Shown: piece by piece, positions 1 to 18,596 of the stretch
Layout of the letters: each line of letters begins with the position of its first letter
Position numbering within the stretch: the stretch's first letter is position 1
NCBI GenBank assembly: GCA_012295275.1
Contig: CM022675.1
Span: 4,960,001-5,024,000 of the forward strand
DNA: 64,000 nucleotides
Direction: 5' to 3'
Source of the DNA: Chrysomallon squamiferum
Lineage: Eukaryota > Animalia > Mollusca
Notes under the pieces: generated by a model
Database searches by the model: none
Told to the model about the DNA's origin: nothing
Seen by the model: the letters and a program-made list of their open reading frames with translations, nothing else
Position numbers and translations under genes: made by a program

Positions 1-1696
1 TTTTGTTTTATTTTATTTTATTAATATTTTATTTTTTCTAAATTTCCTCTCTTGTTGTCGAAATATGTATATTATTAATTATGACACAAATATAACGATT
101 TATTTTCCCCTTTTCACATAAATTATATACAACAAATTACAAAAAATATTAAAATAAAAGAAATCTGGAAAGTTAAAAAAGGAAGAAGAAAAAAAAAAAA
201 GAATAATTAAAGGAATACAAAAATGAAAATATATTTAATTAATTGTAATAAGATTAGCAGAATAAATAAATAAGAATAAAAACTAAAAAACAATATATCT
301 AGTAAATTAAATTTAGTGAAATCAAATCAGTTAAAATTATTAAAACAAAATAGTAAAATTAAAACTGACCTGACTTGTTTGATGGATGTTGAGTCTCAGC
401 GGATTGTTTCCTTAGAGTTATCTCCCCTGATGTTGTTGGTTCAGAAGCAGAAGAAAAAGACGGATTCGAGAAAAGTTTGGAAGTTGCCAATTTTGGCGTA
501 GTTGCTGCTGTTGTTTTCTGTGTCTGTTTCGCAGGTGTTGCCACCGATGTGGACGTTGTTACTGGTGTAGTTACATTATCTGTAAATACATAAAAGACTA
601 TCTCAAGAAGACGTTTGTTGTTTTGTTTTTGTTTGTATGTCATCTTTTAACTTTATTATTATTATTATTACTAGTAGTAGTAGTAGTAGTTGTAGTAGTA
701 GTAGTAATAATTTTAGTAGTAGTATTGGTTTTAGTAGTAGTAGTTATAGTAGCAGTAGTAGTTTAAATTATATATAGTTATTATTTCACAACACATACAT
801 ACATATAAATATGTATGTACATACATACACACATACATGCCTATAATACATAATACTGTTTCATTTTACATAAAAAAGTACACACAAACATACAAATACA
901 CAAGCACATAGCTAGAGATATAGATATTTGTAAATGGGTCGATTTTCTGTGATCATTTTTAACTAATAAACAAATCGACTTTTTAACAATAATAATTTTA
1001 ATTAATAAATAAATTGACTTTGTAGAGTTTGTTTTACCGTGTTGTTTTATACTTACATTTCTGACAAATAGCTGTATAGTTTTGGTCTGATTTGTAACTG
1101 TAATATAATCTATTATTTTTAGTAAACCAGACCATCATTTTAAGATCACCTTCTGAAACTGGTTTCTGAAACGATACCACGCTACCTGCAAGATTTAAAA
1201 CAAGTGTGTTAGAATTTTGTTTTACACAGAGGAAGAACTAACAACAGATACTGAATGTCTATTCTTTGTCGCTTTCAGCAGCAACACAAACATCTATTAA
1301 ATAAAGATTATCACAAACATGAAAAAAATAAATATAACAAACACACAAAGAATAAGACACATACTTCTACACAAACAAACACAACACATATTCACATTTC
1401 TGCCTATAATTTACCATCAATCCACAGCAGTCTGACATCTCTGTGGAGTCCAATCCAGTAGTAAAGATTTGTTTGTAGCAGATTCTGCAGTGATGAGACT
1501 GTACTGCTGCTTACTTTAAACATGTCAAAATGTCTGCTTGCATAGTTCCATGACATCATCCGCCACGAAACACAAGTTTTAGAATCACAGCTGATAAATG
1601 AGAAGAAAGATGAGTCATCTACAAACAGATAATGAAAATGATGTTGTAATGAAGGAAAATTTCATTTTATTTTATTTCTATATTACATTATTCCTC

Positions 1697-1753
<57 letters not shown>

Positions 1754-2400
1754 CATCATCATCATCATCATTATCAGATTATTTATTTATTTATTAGATA
1801 TTTGAACTATGTTAAAATAAAATGACCTGTGTACACTACGTATGCTTTGTAGCTGTCACAGTTTTGGAAACCAATTGTAAAACTGTCAGAATTGAGCTTG
1901 ACGTAGCCGCAGCGCTTGATTCCGTCAGCGCTGTCGTCGATTGTAACTGAAGACGGAAGATCTGTAATGAAGTAATTTATATATTGTTATAATTATCACT
2001 ATATCGATGCCTATTGATTCCAGACTTTATACATTCATTCATTATTGATTCGTTCGTTCTTTCGGACATCGTTTATTCATTCATTCGTGTGTTCGACTGA
2101 TGTTAATAAAATAATTTTAAAAAGATAAATATGTTTTTGTGTACCTGTTCTATAAATAGAAACTGTATTTCTTCCTCCGCAGTATTCTTCATATGTCCCT
2201 GCACATCGAACTCGTTTTGTAGTTGACTTAACAGGACTTGCTGTGTCAGAGATTTCACAGTAACACTGTTTTCCCTACAAAACACGAAATAAATAACAAT
2301 AATATCAAAAAATAACCTGGAATAAATGTGGAAATAAATTTACAATTAAAGTATGAACACAACAACAATAACGACAACAACAACAATTAAAACAAGAGGA

Positions 2401-2434
<34 letters not shown>

Positions 2435-2969
2435 TAAAAAGAAGGATATGTGTAGTAGTAGTGGTAGAAGTGGTAATAGTAGTAGAAGATGAAGTAGTGG
2501 TATTGGTTGCTGCAGTGACAGTTTAATAGTAGAAGAATACCTGTCTGTGTGTCTCATTTGTATGTGTGTTATTCAGGTAACCTAAAACAAGTATATATTT
2601 AACACTTTTTGATTTGAATTCAGACTTTATGAAGAGAAGAATTTACCAACCTGTAAACCAATTCTTCCATTGCTTGGTTTACATTGCTGGAAGCATTTAA
2701 AAGCATCATTGTCTTGTATTGAGTATTTACTACTCAAACTCCCAACATCGATATCTCCAGCGTACTGGAATAATGTTTCATTGGAATCTGTAAACAATAA
2801 CAACACACACACACACACACAAAAATTAATTAATAATAAATAAGTAGAAATAATAAGAAGAATAAAAAAATTAAAAACAAAATAAAAGCAAAATAAAGCA
2901 ACTATTTATTTATTTATTTATTTATTTATTTATTTGATGTGTATAGCTCTTATTAGTGGTTTCGTAGAT

Positions 2970-5121
2970 TAGTGATTTTCAAACACTGTGCCGCTGCAGA
3001 CTAGTGTGCCGTGAGAGATTGTCAGGTGTGCCGTGGGAAATTATCCAACTTAGCTTAATTAGTCCAGAAAAAGAAAGAAATGATTGAGTTACTGCAGGTG
3101 AACTGCCATGGTTGAGTGTCTGTGTCTGGCGAAGTAATTAAATACTCTTCCATGTACTGACCTTCAGGCTGCATCAGAGCCGCAATAATGACGTTATTAA
3201 CTTAAGACAGTAGAATTAGTGATGTATTTGAGAGGTGTCGTCGAGAAGACGTACAGCGATGAATGAATATTTGAAAAGAAAAAAAAATGAAGACATAGAA
3301 CTGGGCCCTGGACAAAATTGTAACCCAGGTGAAAAGCGTAATATGTTGGTGCTTGTCAAAAGAAAGCAAACTCGCTGAGTTCAAGAAAACACACCGAAAG
3401 TTATCTTTCGTTTCGATTTACTTTTACTGGGATCCTTCTGCGCTAACTCTTTGCTTGGTGTATGGGCAAAAGTTTAACAACAGTGCATGGTCAGAATGAA
3501 GCTTAAACACCATCTCCAAACGAAACATTCGTCACTTCAAAGCAAGAACACAGACTAATGCGATAGAACATGGAGGAACAGCAGGCTTTATGAGAAAAAC
3601 TACAACGGTGTCTGTGAGAGCTCTCAAAGCTAGTTACTTAGTAGCTGAACTTGTAGCCAAATTGGAAAAAGTCGCACATAGGCAGAGACATTAAAACTAC
3701 CTGACTTCAAAACCGTTGTAAATGAGATGTTCAGCCCCGACGCGGTTAAAGAAGTAGTCAAAGTCCTCTGTCAGATAACACAACTGCCAGACGTATTGAT
3801 GACTTGTCTGGAGACATAGAAAAGGATTGTTTTGGAAAAGATACGCATTGCAACTTGATGAGTCTACTGACGTCAGTGGACATGTTCACCTCATGACCAA
3901 CGTGTGGTTTGTGGCTGGCGACGCCATCAGAAAAAAAACTTCCTGTTTTGCAAGGCAACGCCACGAGAAACAACAGGAGAAGAAATGGGAACAAAGCATC
4001 AAGCCTCACAGCTCCACATGGAGGACAAATGGTTGTCGTGCGGAAACGTGCTGGCTGCGTGTGTGAACTAAAATAGTTTTTCACTGATGAGAAGTTAACA
4101 AAGCTGCTTGTAAGAGATGAGTGGTGTAGAAGGCTGACATACATGGCAGATATATTTCAGCGTCTGAGTGAACTGAACACAGGAATGCAAGGCCGAAATC
4201 AAAACCTGCCCAATAAAATAAATGGATTCCTTTTAAAGGTCTGCCTGTCGCAACAACATCTGTAAAGTACCAACCTGGACGCGTTCCCACTCACACAGAA
4301 ATAACAGGAGATGTCAACACTGCTGAACTGTGTGAGATAATAGGTAAAAGTTTGAGGGATAAGTTGTCATTCTGTTTCATCTCAACTTCCACTGAAAGCC
4401 TTGACTGGGTTAGAGACCCATGTAACTCAGCAGTAGTTTTAACAATGGACAAGATTTTACAAGAGCAGGAGGAACTAACTGAACTGAGACAAGACTTTAC
4501 AAGAGCAGGAGGAACTAACTGAACTGACACAAGACTTTACAAGAGCAGGAGGATCTAACTGAACTGAGACAAGACTTTACAAGAGCAGGAGGAACTAACT
4601 GAACTGAGACAAGACTTTACAAGAGGAGGAGGAACTAACTGAACTGAGACAAGACTTTACAAGAGCAGGAGGAACTAACTGAACTGAGACAAGACTTTAC
4701 AAGAGCAGGATGAACTAACTGAACTGAGACCAAACAGTAGTTTAAAGCTAAGCTTGGCTGATCAATTTTTGTTGTCTGCTGACAAGGACTTCTCCACTGT
4801 GGCAAACAGAGCTATTTCGACATTGACCCCATTTTCCACAACTTATCTGTGTTAGCTCATAACTGCTACAAAAACTAAAAACTGAGAGCGACTGAGAGCT
4901 GTTGAAGAGCTTCGCACGTGCCTTTCTTCAGTTCCTGCTAGGATATCAGCTTTGTGTTCAACAGTCCCAGGTTTCACACTGAGTGAGTGTAAATAAACTG
5001 AGAGATTAAATTGTATTTGCGAATGTGTCATTTTGTAACAGTTTTCGTTGGTGGTGTGATTCACGACTTTTTTAATGTAAAAAAAATGTGTCTTGGCTCG
5101 GAAAATGTTGAAAAAACACAA
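2970..5121 (+). mobile_element. Decayed hAT superfamily (Buster/Charlie-type) DNA transposon in intron 2 of receptor copy 1
   Basis: Termini tagtgattttcaa.. / ..ttgaaaaaacacaa. 8-bp TSD tcgtagat (2962-2969) / tcgttgat (5122-5129); the left copy fits the Buster nnnTAnnn consensus. Frameshifted transposase motifs: BED-finger remnant (..KLKHHLQTKH ~3500), ALQLDESTDVSG (3845-3880), C-terminal dimerisation region PFSTTYLC (~4828). Confidence 0.9.
4450..4729 (+). repeat. 40-bp tandem repeat x7 inside the hAT transposase relic
   Basis: Unit caagactttacaagagcaggaggaactaactgaactgaga, seven near-identical copies. Confidence 0.95.
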
Positions 5122-6651
5122 TCGTTGATAATGATTAAATTATAGAGTAAAACTTTAATAAAACAGTAAACTATTATTTATTTTGTAATAGATATTGAGA
5201 TTAATAATAAGAGAATACCTACCAGACCACATCCACGGTGTAACGTCTCTAAAGCTCCTACCCAATAGTCTGTGTTGTATTCCATTACAGAAAAAAGTTT
5301 GTTTTTGTTTCTTCTTGTTTTCTGTCAGACCACGGACCTGTGTTCATTTATTAATAATTATCTTAATTATTTATTTTGAAATATGTTGTACAAATTTATA
5401 AATACTTACTTTTTTATGTTATGGTATGTTTTAATCAAGTTATGTTATATTGTAATATGTAATATTGCTATGTTATTATTTTAGTTATAATTAAGTTATG
5501 TTAATGTACATTATGTAATATAGAATTTATACTAAATATTTTATTTTTTAAGGATGTTATAACGTGCTAGTTTATTCTATTATGTAAAGTTTTACTGTTA
5601 TATTAAAACATGTTATCTTAAATCGAAACTCTGAGTTAAACTGTTTTCATCAATGTCCTCATTATTGTTATTTTTTTTGTTGTTGTTGTTATTAACTATG
5701 TTACCAGTAGTTCATGTTAAAAATCCATTAAACATTCATTAGACATGATTTTAAAAAAAGTCTGGTTATTAACGTTGAAATATGATCTGCATGTATAAGA
5801 AATAAAAATTCTAAAATCCCTATTAATCAATAAATAAAACTTAAATAAAATTTAACATTTTAAGTTATCTCCCCTAGCCTTACACATATTTCAAATGACT
5901 TGAAGTACAACGAATAAATCAATTTTTAATAAATAATAAACTTACTTAGTCTTTCTGTACCTGTAACCTGATTGTAGATCGTTAATATAATCACTGCTGT
6001 TAGTAAATTCATTATTTCTTTTTGTTTTCTTCTCTTTATTTTTATTTACGAAACTTCTTACGCAAGACGATATAAAAACAGGTTTGTTTAAAGCAACCAG
6101 GAAGTAGATATTAATAGAAAGAAGAAAACAGGTCATGAGTCTATTTGAAAATAAAATATATCATTGAAACGTTCAGCCTACACACCTAGCAACCTGACAA
6201 CACTAGTTTATCAATGAATGGATACGTGTATTACAGAATACACTGTTTGTAATTTTGTGTTGGTATAATTATAAGTGATACGTCCATTTTACTAATGTAA
6301 GTAGCTTGAATTTATTTAAATACTAACTTACTTTATTTTTATTTTTTTATATGAATCTGTCTTTGTACATAAATACACAAATATATACATGTACACATGC
6401 ATGCATACATTCATAATACATAGCTGCATACATACATACTTCTAAAGAGACCCACATACAAACACACCAAAATATAAATACGTACTGAGTTTAATTTGAC
6501 AGGCACACTTATGGTCACTTTATTTTGAGACTTGGGGATGTCTCAAAACTGATAAAATATGTGAAGTTTTGGTTATAATGACATAGTGTCTTATTTCAAA
6601 ATACAACCTTTGACCTTTTACACGCAACATATCAGTCTTAGTGGCACATTA

Positions 6652-6777
<126 letters not shown>

Positions 6778-7336
6778 TAAATAAATTGTTACAGTTATTG
6801 TTAATTTTATTTTTCTTCTTTGTTCTGAGAACTAATTTTGCAATTGGTAGTTCATTTATCAATATGCATTTACATACTTTAAGAAAATATAACTTTAAAA
6901 AATAAAAATAAAAAGGATAAAAAATATGTTTATTAATAAACACAATTTATCGCTAGATTTCTCTTATTTTATGTTTTTAATATCAATCATGATGATTGTG
7001 TTCAGGCGCTCGGACTGGACTGTCATCATCTAACCGCCATCTTGAACTTTTATCATCCATTGCAATAAGAGGATGATCTATCTGCGGGCATGGCATTATC
7101 TTTTTTCCTGACTGAATCATACATTAGAAATATGTTCTGAAATTCTGAGGAATTTTTGCATATTTCTTGTAACACATTTTATAAAAACAAATGAAAGAAA
7201 TGGCGATTTAGTTTCAAATTTGATTGGGATCAAGGCCGTCAACAGCTATTATTTTACTTTTTATTTATTTAATTATTTATCTTAAAAATAGCTCATTTCA
7301 TTTCTTTGTTTTCCTGTGTATGCGTTGTGTGTGTAT

Positions 7337-7429
<93 letters not shown>

Positions 7430-7865
7430 TTATATATATATAATTATTATGTTTTACTTTTCGCTATGAAAACCAGTCTACTGACGTCACTGGAAGACAC
7501 TGGTTACGTTGTAAAATAAACGTCAGTAAGTGTTTTTGGTCTTTTCACTCCCATTTTGGCCACGAAAATAAAAAGGTTAGTCCGAAAAAGTACAGATGCA
7601 GGTTAGGTAGATATTTTTCCTACGAAATGCCTTACATCAAATTCTTGGTCACAAAAAATCACTGCTGTTTTATGTATTTAAATAACAAAAATTCTGTTAT
7701 GTGAAAAGTAATGACATGACGTGTATTAAATCGAAGTCCTCTGTTATATCTGACTGATTTTGTTAGCTTGAAAAATCGAAGTGAAAATAACTTGTGGAAA
7801 ATGGGATATTTATCAGATGATCGAAAAAAAGGAAAGAAGAAAAAAGGTGTTAATAAATAAATACA

Positions 7866-7897
<32 letters not shown>

Positions 7898-7904
7898 AAA
7901 AGAG

Positions 7905-8553
7905 TTCTGATAATGTTGTCTCTTCATGGTATCGTAGTCTTCATATAGTTGTCTTTTGTTTGCTTTTGCTGTCGAAGTTGCCATCATTGTCGAGACGAAG
8001 CTGGCTGTAGACATGAGACGTAGTTGTTACGTTTTCCTTATCGTATGTATGGTAGTCACTGTCGTCGTCTCCAGCAAGGTTGCTGTTGATGTTAGATTTA
8101 GGAGTTGTATTTGTTGTGCTGTACACTTCAGACGTTGTAGTAGTAACAGTTTTGATATCCGCTGTGGCATAGTCTCCATCGTTGTTGTCAGCAGTAGATC
8201 TGTTATTGGGAAGTGCTTTAACATTTCTGTGTTCCACGTTGGTAGTAACATGAGGCACGTTGTAATAAACCCTGTGGTTTTATTCATTTTCTGGTTCAAA
8301 TTCAAAACAAAGTCGACTGGTTCTGGAATACACACACACAAACACACACGAAACAATTATATACTACATATATGTACAAAGCACATGCTACATAATATAT
8401 ACATACATATCAACATGCTTCTATTTCGGTTGAATATTTCATCATATTATTCAGTTATTAATTATTTTATTATTATTATTATTATTATTATTATGAAAAA
8501 AAAAATACGTACTGTTTTGTCCACAGTAAAATCACAACTACGACAAGCAAGTG
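7905..8553 (-). pseudogene. Receptor relic (copy 4): shortened TM exon plus degraded Tyr-repeat tail
   Basis: Exon 8513-8553 (..VVVVILLWTK) and tail from 8322 (VYYNVP..DNNDGDY..DDDSDYHTYDK..VYSQL) align to the tails at 10.6-11.6 kb and 21.5-22.4 kb, with deletions and an in-frame TAA. No upstream ectodomain exons found. Confidence 0.8.
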
Positions 8554-8672
8554 CTACAAAATATGGAAAGTAATTGAAATGGATATGAAGGGGAAGAACA
8601 AAGCCCATAACCTAGGCCAGTTTGTTGTTAAAAGGTTAAATAATGTAATATGTGTGTGTGTGTGTGTGGGGG

Positions 8673-8706
<34 letters not shown>

Positions 8707-8810
8707 AGAGAGATATGAGTGTGTAGTGAAACTGATGTACAGACAGAGAGGAACAGAAAGCGGGAAAATATAATACGTAGCCCAAAACAATAATAATAAT
8801 AATAATACAA

Positions 8811-8845
<35 letters not shown>

Positions 8846-9929
8846 ATAATAATAATAATAATAATAAGAATAATAATAATAATAAGAAGAAGAAGAAGAA
8901 AATGAAGTAGAAAGGAAATTCCATAAATAACGAGAAGATAAAAAGGGAGGTATCGATTTTTATAGTGAAAATAGTTAAGAGACTCAAAGGGAATTTTTAA
9001 TCAAAGTTTTTCTACTACTTTTGTGTGTCAAAACCTTTTATACTGGACAAAACGTTTTATACAAAACAAATAGATAAAGCTAAGACGTTTGATTTGTGTT
9101 TGGTTGAGCTTGTTTATATGAAGAAAGCTGGTAGACAAAACCTCGTGAACGTAACAAGTAGAGTATGAACGATGTTAGTGATACACGTTCTGAGAAATAT
9201 AACAAAATGGCCGCTATCCTAGTGTACCTTCAACCGAGATTAAACCCGTTCATTTTCACTCTACAAAGTAACATTCGTGCAACAAACACAAACATAAGAC
9301 TTCAGATTTTCCATTTATCCAATTTTTTTTTTTTATTCAACTAGCACTTGAAACAGAAAATAAAACAATCGTTCGAAAGTGGATAAATATTAATATACCG
9401 GATAATCCATTTGAATAGTAGCGAGGTTTTCTGTTTCAGAATAAAGTTAGATCAATAGCAATACTCTTAGTATAAAACAGACTTCGAGTACAAAAGAGAA
9501 AATGCAAAATGAATAAGAAAAATTATTAAAATAAAATATTAAAATATCCTTAGCTGATTATCTTGATTCAATATAATATAAAGAAATGTAATACAAAAAT
9601 ATATGCTTTTCTCATATATTTCACTATATATTCACCTACATACATACACACATACATACATGCATATATACATACATACATACATACACATACGTACGTA
9701 TCTATCTATATCTATATCTATCTATATATATATATAAGTACATACATACATACATACTTACATACTTACATACATAAATATACAGACAGTCTTCGGGTAA
9801 AATAATATTTATAATAAGTTTGTGCACGAAGTAAAGTTTGTGATGGCTACACCTAGCGGAAAACTGTAACATAAAACAATCTCGAATTTCGGATTACGGA
9901 ATTTCGAATAAAGTACTCTTAATCTGTTC

Positions 9930-9979
<50 letters not shown>

Positions 9980-10465
9980 TAATAATAATAAAATAAAATA
10001 AGTAAAAACAAAGAAAGAAAAAGAAAAGAATAATAATAATAAATAATCATAATAACAAACAAGAAAGAAGAACGAAAGGAAAACGAAAAAAGAAGAAAAA
10101 AGTTGATACGAGACACGGCTAGCGAGGATTCCTTCCAGACACAAAATTTTGCATCAGTTCAGATTAATATTTAAAATGTTAGTGTAAGAACAGATTTGAC
10201 ATGTCACAGAAATAAGGTAAAAAGTCAATCGCGTTGACGAAAAGTTCATTTAGATATTAGGATAAAGTCAAATACAAAATACAAAGGTAAAAATAATAAT
10301 ACAAATATGCAAACAATAAAATACGGTATTAACCTATTAACATAGTGTTTACAACAACAACAACAACATCAAAATAAATCAATCAGTAATAAAATCTCAA
10401 AACATAACATTAAATATTAAAAATAAAAATGATATGAGGCACTGTTAATACATAAATAATAATAA

Positions 10466-10525
<60 letters not shown>

Positions 10526-10624
10526 TCATGATCATCAAAAGTGGTATGAGACACTGTTAAGATGGATTATAAAAAACTCATCATAGCAGACGACAAATTT
10601 TGCATCAAAATATCGATCGAGTTA

Positions 10625-15692
<5,068 letters not shown>

Positions 15693-16231
15693 TATTTCTT
15701 TTTGTTTTCTTCGGTGTTACTATAATTTACGAAATTTCTTACACAAGACGATGTAAAAAGATGTTTGCTTAAACCGACCAGGAAGTAGATATTAATAGAA
15801 AGAAAGGATACAGATCACGAGGTAAAACTTGTCAACTGAAACGTTCAGCCCAGACAGCTAGCAGCCTCACAATAAACGTTTATGAATGGATACTTAGGTT
15901 ACAGAAGACACTGTTTGTAATGTTATGTTAGTATAGTTATAAGTGAGGCGTCCATTTTGCTAATGTAAGTTGTATAAATTACTTTGACACATACATACAT
16001 ACATACATGCATACATACATACATACATATATATATACATACATACATACATACAGACAATCAAACATACTTACAAACATACATACATACATACATAACA
16101 CATACATACATACATACATGCTTACATACATACATGCATACATACATACATACATACATATATACATACATACATATATACATACATACATACATACATA
16201 AAGACAATCAAACATACTTACATGCATAATG

Positions 16232-16263
<32 letters not shown>

Positions 16264-17477
16264 CATACATACATATATACAGACAGACAATCAAACATAC
16301 TTACATGCATAATGCACACATACACAAATACGTAAATATAAACACGCACCCAGCCTATTTTTAGATACATACGTATCCCCAGCTTATTTTTAGATGCACA
16401 CTTATTTCCAGCTAGTTGTTTTATACATAGGTATTCCAAGTTTGTTTTTGTATACACGTATTTACAGTTATTTTTATCTACACGCGTTCTTACCTGTTTT
16501 GGTGAACATCTGTTCACAGCTAAGTTTCAGTATAACCACGTAAGATTACAGAGAGAACAGACAATATTAGATTAAAAACCAGTGACTCCTTCAGTTCTTT
16601 GCAAAGCTTATAAATACGAGAAGTTTCCATTTCTAAAAAAAATAAATAAGAAACTAAAAAAAATCTATATACCTGTCACATTTATTTAAAAACAATTAAT
16701 ATTAAGAATGTAAATTTCAAGCATTCGAGTACATTTTGCTGGTTTTAAAAATAACTTACCAACTAAAATGCAATTTTTGAAGATCTGTGCAATATAAATA
16801 ATAAAAACAGTTGTAATGTAGTTTATGTATTTTAAAAATTCTTTAAATAAAATTAATCTTTGTCTGCAGATAAATATTTCAAATTCATTCAGTTTCAAAT
16901 TCTACTTCTCTGTTCTGTGATTTTCGTTTGAGGATTGTTTGAAACAAAATCAAGTCGCTTGTGTTGTTTATGTTTAGTGATGGCAGTCACACTCCATACT
17001 ACAAAACTACTTGTTTCACTTTGTTAAACTAGAAACTTTGAAGTTGACGAATGTCAGGTCTCCCAGGTAGTAATGAGATAACAACGTGTTTTGTCACATT
17101 TTTGTACTCACCACGTTTTATAACTTAATTGATAGTAAGTGATATACTGCAACATCTCATTAGGAAAAAAAAAATAAAAGAAGAAAAGTTTAAACCAAGA
17201 CAAGCTGAATGAACTCGACTGTGTGAAAAAGGAAAACATATTCAGCGTAACTTGCTGATCTGCGCCATCTTAAAAATGAGCTGCGCATTCATAGATCATG
17301 TGACTGCGCAACAACATCGAAATTGCGCAAAGCTTCTCCTGCCCGTTTTACCGATTCTGCGCTATTTTGTGATGCGGTTTTAGCACGTACCATTAATGTA
17401 CTAGACCGAACTATGGGACCAGCTGTAAAGATCAGTTCAAAACCATGCAGACTGGTGTCATATAATAATAATATATA

Positions 17478-17789
17478 TAACCCGAGGTTCCGCTGTATAT
17501 TGACAAAGCGAATTTAAAAAATATATATATATATATATACATACATACATATATACAGGTACTGGAGCAATTATTAAACACTGCGGCGAGTGAATGAACG
17601 CCACGCGGCTTGAAAGAGTAGTTCCGGTCTGGTGAGGACAACATCGGGAGCGCGATCTATGAAAATAGCGTCGGGAAAAAACTTCCGTTGTTCTGGTTTT
17701 TCCGGATTTCAGGACGCCGGATAATTGATCTGCTACCTGTATATATATTTTAAATTCGCTTTGTCAGTTTACAGTTGAACCTCGGGTTA
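17478..17789. mobile_element. Foldback/MITE-like element with ~70-bp imperfect inverted arms
   Basis: taacccgaggttccgctgtatattgacaaagcgaatttaaaa..tacaggtactggagcaattat pairs with ataattgatctgctacctgtatatatattttaaattcgctttgtcagtttacagttgaacctcgggtta. Internal TA-CAG termini resemble Tc1/mariner-pogo ends. Confidence 0.7.
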
Positions 17790-18506
17790 AGAACTAAAAA
17801 GAAGCGATATCAGACACACGAACACCACTCTCATTTTTTGCAACTATTTCTTTCTTAACCTCTACTTGATGCGTTTATACTTTCCACCAGCATTATCGCT
17901 TTCACTTTTTGTTTTCTTGGACGCCATATTGGATAAGGTATAATAAAAAATATAAAAAAGCAGCAACACCCTAAGAAATGAGAACGCACAATTTGAATGC
18001 AACAGCTATTGAGCTGCAACTGCGTATCGAAGACTAAAGGCCCTAATTCATTTGAATATATATTTGCTATAGGGCATTTCTATAATCCTTTCTTTGACCT
18101 CGGTTCTGACGTAAGCATCTATTCTTATCTTTTCTAGATGTTGACGTCAAATTCACGTGGGTGTGTGTGTTAGAAATAAAAATAAAATTTACCAGTTCAG
18201 TTTTTCCCTGTACATTTTATTTAATAATTATCAGTGATGATCTGTCGATGTCCCGGTACTCATTAATTTCCGTTTATTACGATTCCTTAAAGTTTTTATA
18301 TTTTCTCAAGACTGAAGATTGATTATGTTAAAAGTAGATGGTCTTGTATACAAATATTTATTTCAATGTGATGCTCTAATATGATTATAAAACAAACATT
18401 CTGATACAAAATGGAATTCATCTTCAGTGCCTCCACTGTCTCTCATAAACACACACACACAAACAACAGATGTACAGACACACACACACACACACACAAC
18501 AAAACT

Positions 18507-18585
18507 GCAATGGGTCCACTAAGGAGGTTCGATCCTACGTGTCAAGTATCCCATACAAACTCTCTACTGATCGAGCTTAATCTCA
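18507..18585 (-). mobile_element. tRNA-derived SINE head remnant (a SINE-body-like piece also lies at ~19410-19535)
   Basis: Minus strand reads gagattaagctcgatcagtagag..ggatcgaacctcc..gtggacccattg, with degenerate Pol III A and B boxes. Resemblance to a gastropod SINE is from memory, not a search. Confidence 0.55.
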
Positions 18586-18596
18586 ATTCATATCGC

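Larger units (their letters stand above)
370..6012 (-). pseudogene. Receptor copy 1: signal peptide - CTLD1 (with nested WSC) - CTLD2 - Ser/Thr stalk; TM and tail would lie left of the window
   Basis: GT/AG-bounded exons: 5946-6012 (MNLLTAVIILTIYNQVTGTERL), 5223-5337 (CTLD1 N-half, damaged), 2651-2787 and 2145-2274 (WSC: ..KCFQQC..IGLQ|GKQCYC..RCAGTYEEYCGG..SIY), 1827-1961 (CTLD1 C-half RCGYVK..GFQNCD), 1415-1618 (CTLD2 ..YYWIGLHR..LWIDG), 1057-1185 (..YTAICQK), 370-579 (Thr/Ser stalk). Exon 2 is 115 nt versus 225 nt in copy 2 and reads into a TAA, so this copy is disabled as assembled. Confidence 0.8.

Noticed and set aside
4450-4729. 40-bp array as a CRISPR or coding repeat
   Set aside because: No spacers; the unit length is not a multiple of 3; it derives from transposase sequence.
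6095-6106. ETS-like CAGGAAGT upstream of both signal-peptide exons
   Set aside because: The whole region is recently duplicated, so its conservation is not independent evidence of function.
5942-6136. Track ORF MTCFLLSINIYFLVAL.. as the signal-peptide exon
   Set aside because: Its ATG and frame are not conserved in copy 2, and its phase does not fit the next exon. The conserved ATG at 6012 in another frame does fit.
16494-16600. Signal-peptide-like stretch with a good donor upstream of copy 2
   Set aside because: No ATG, stops in both useful frames, and no counterpart in copy 1. At most a 5' UTR exon or relic.
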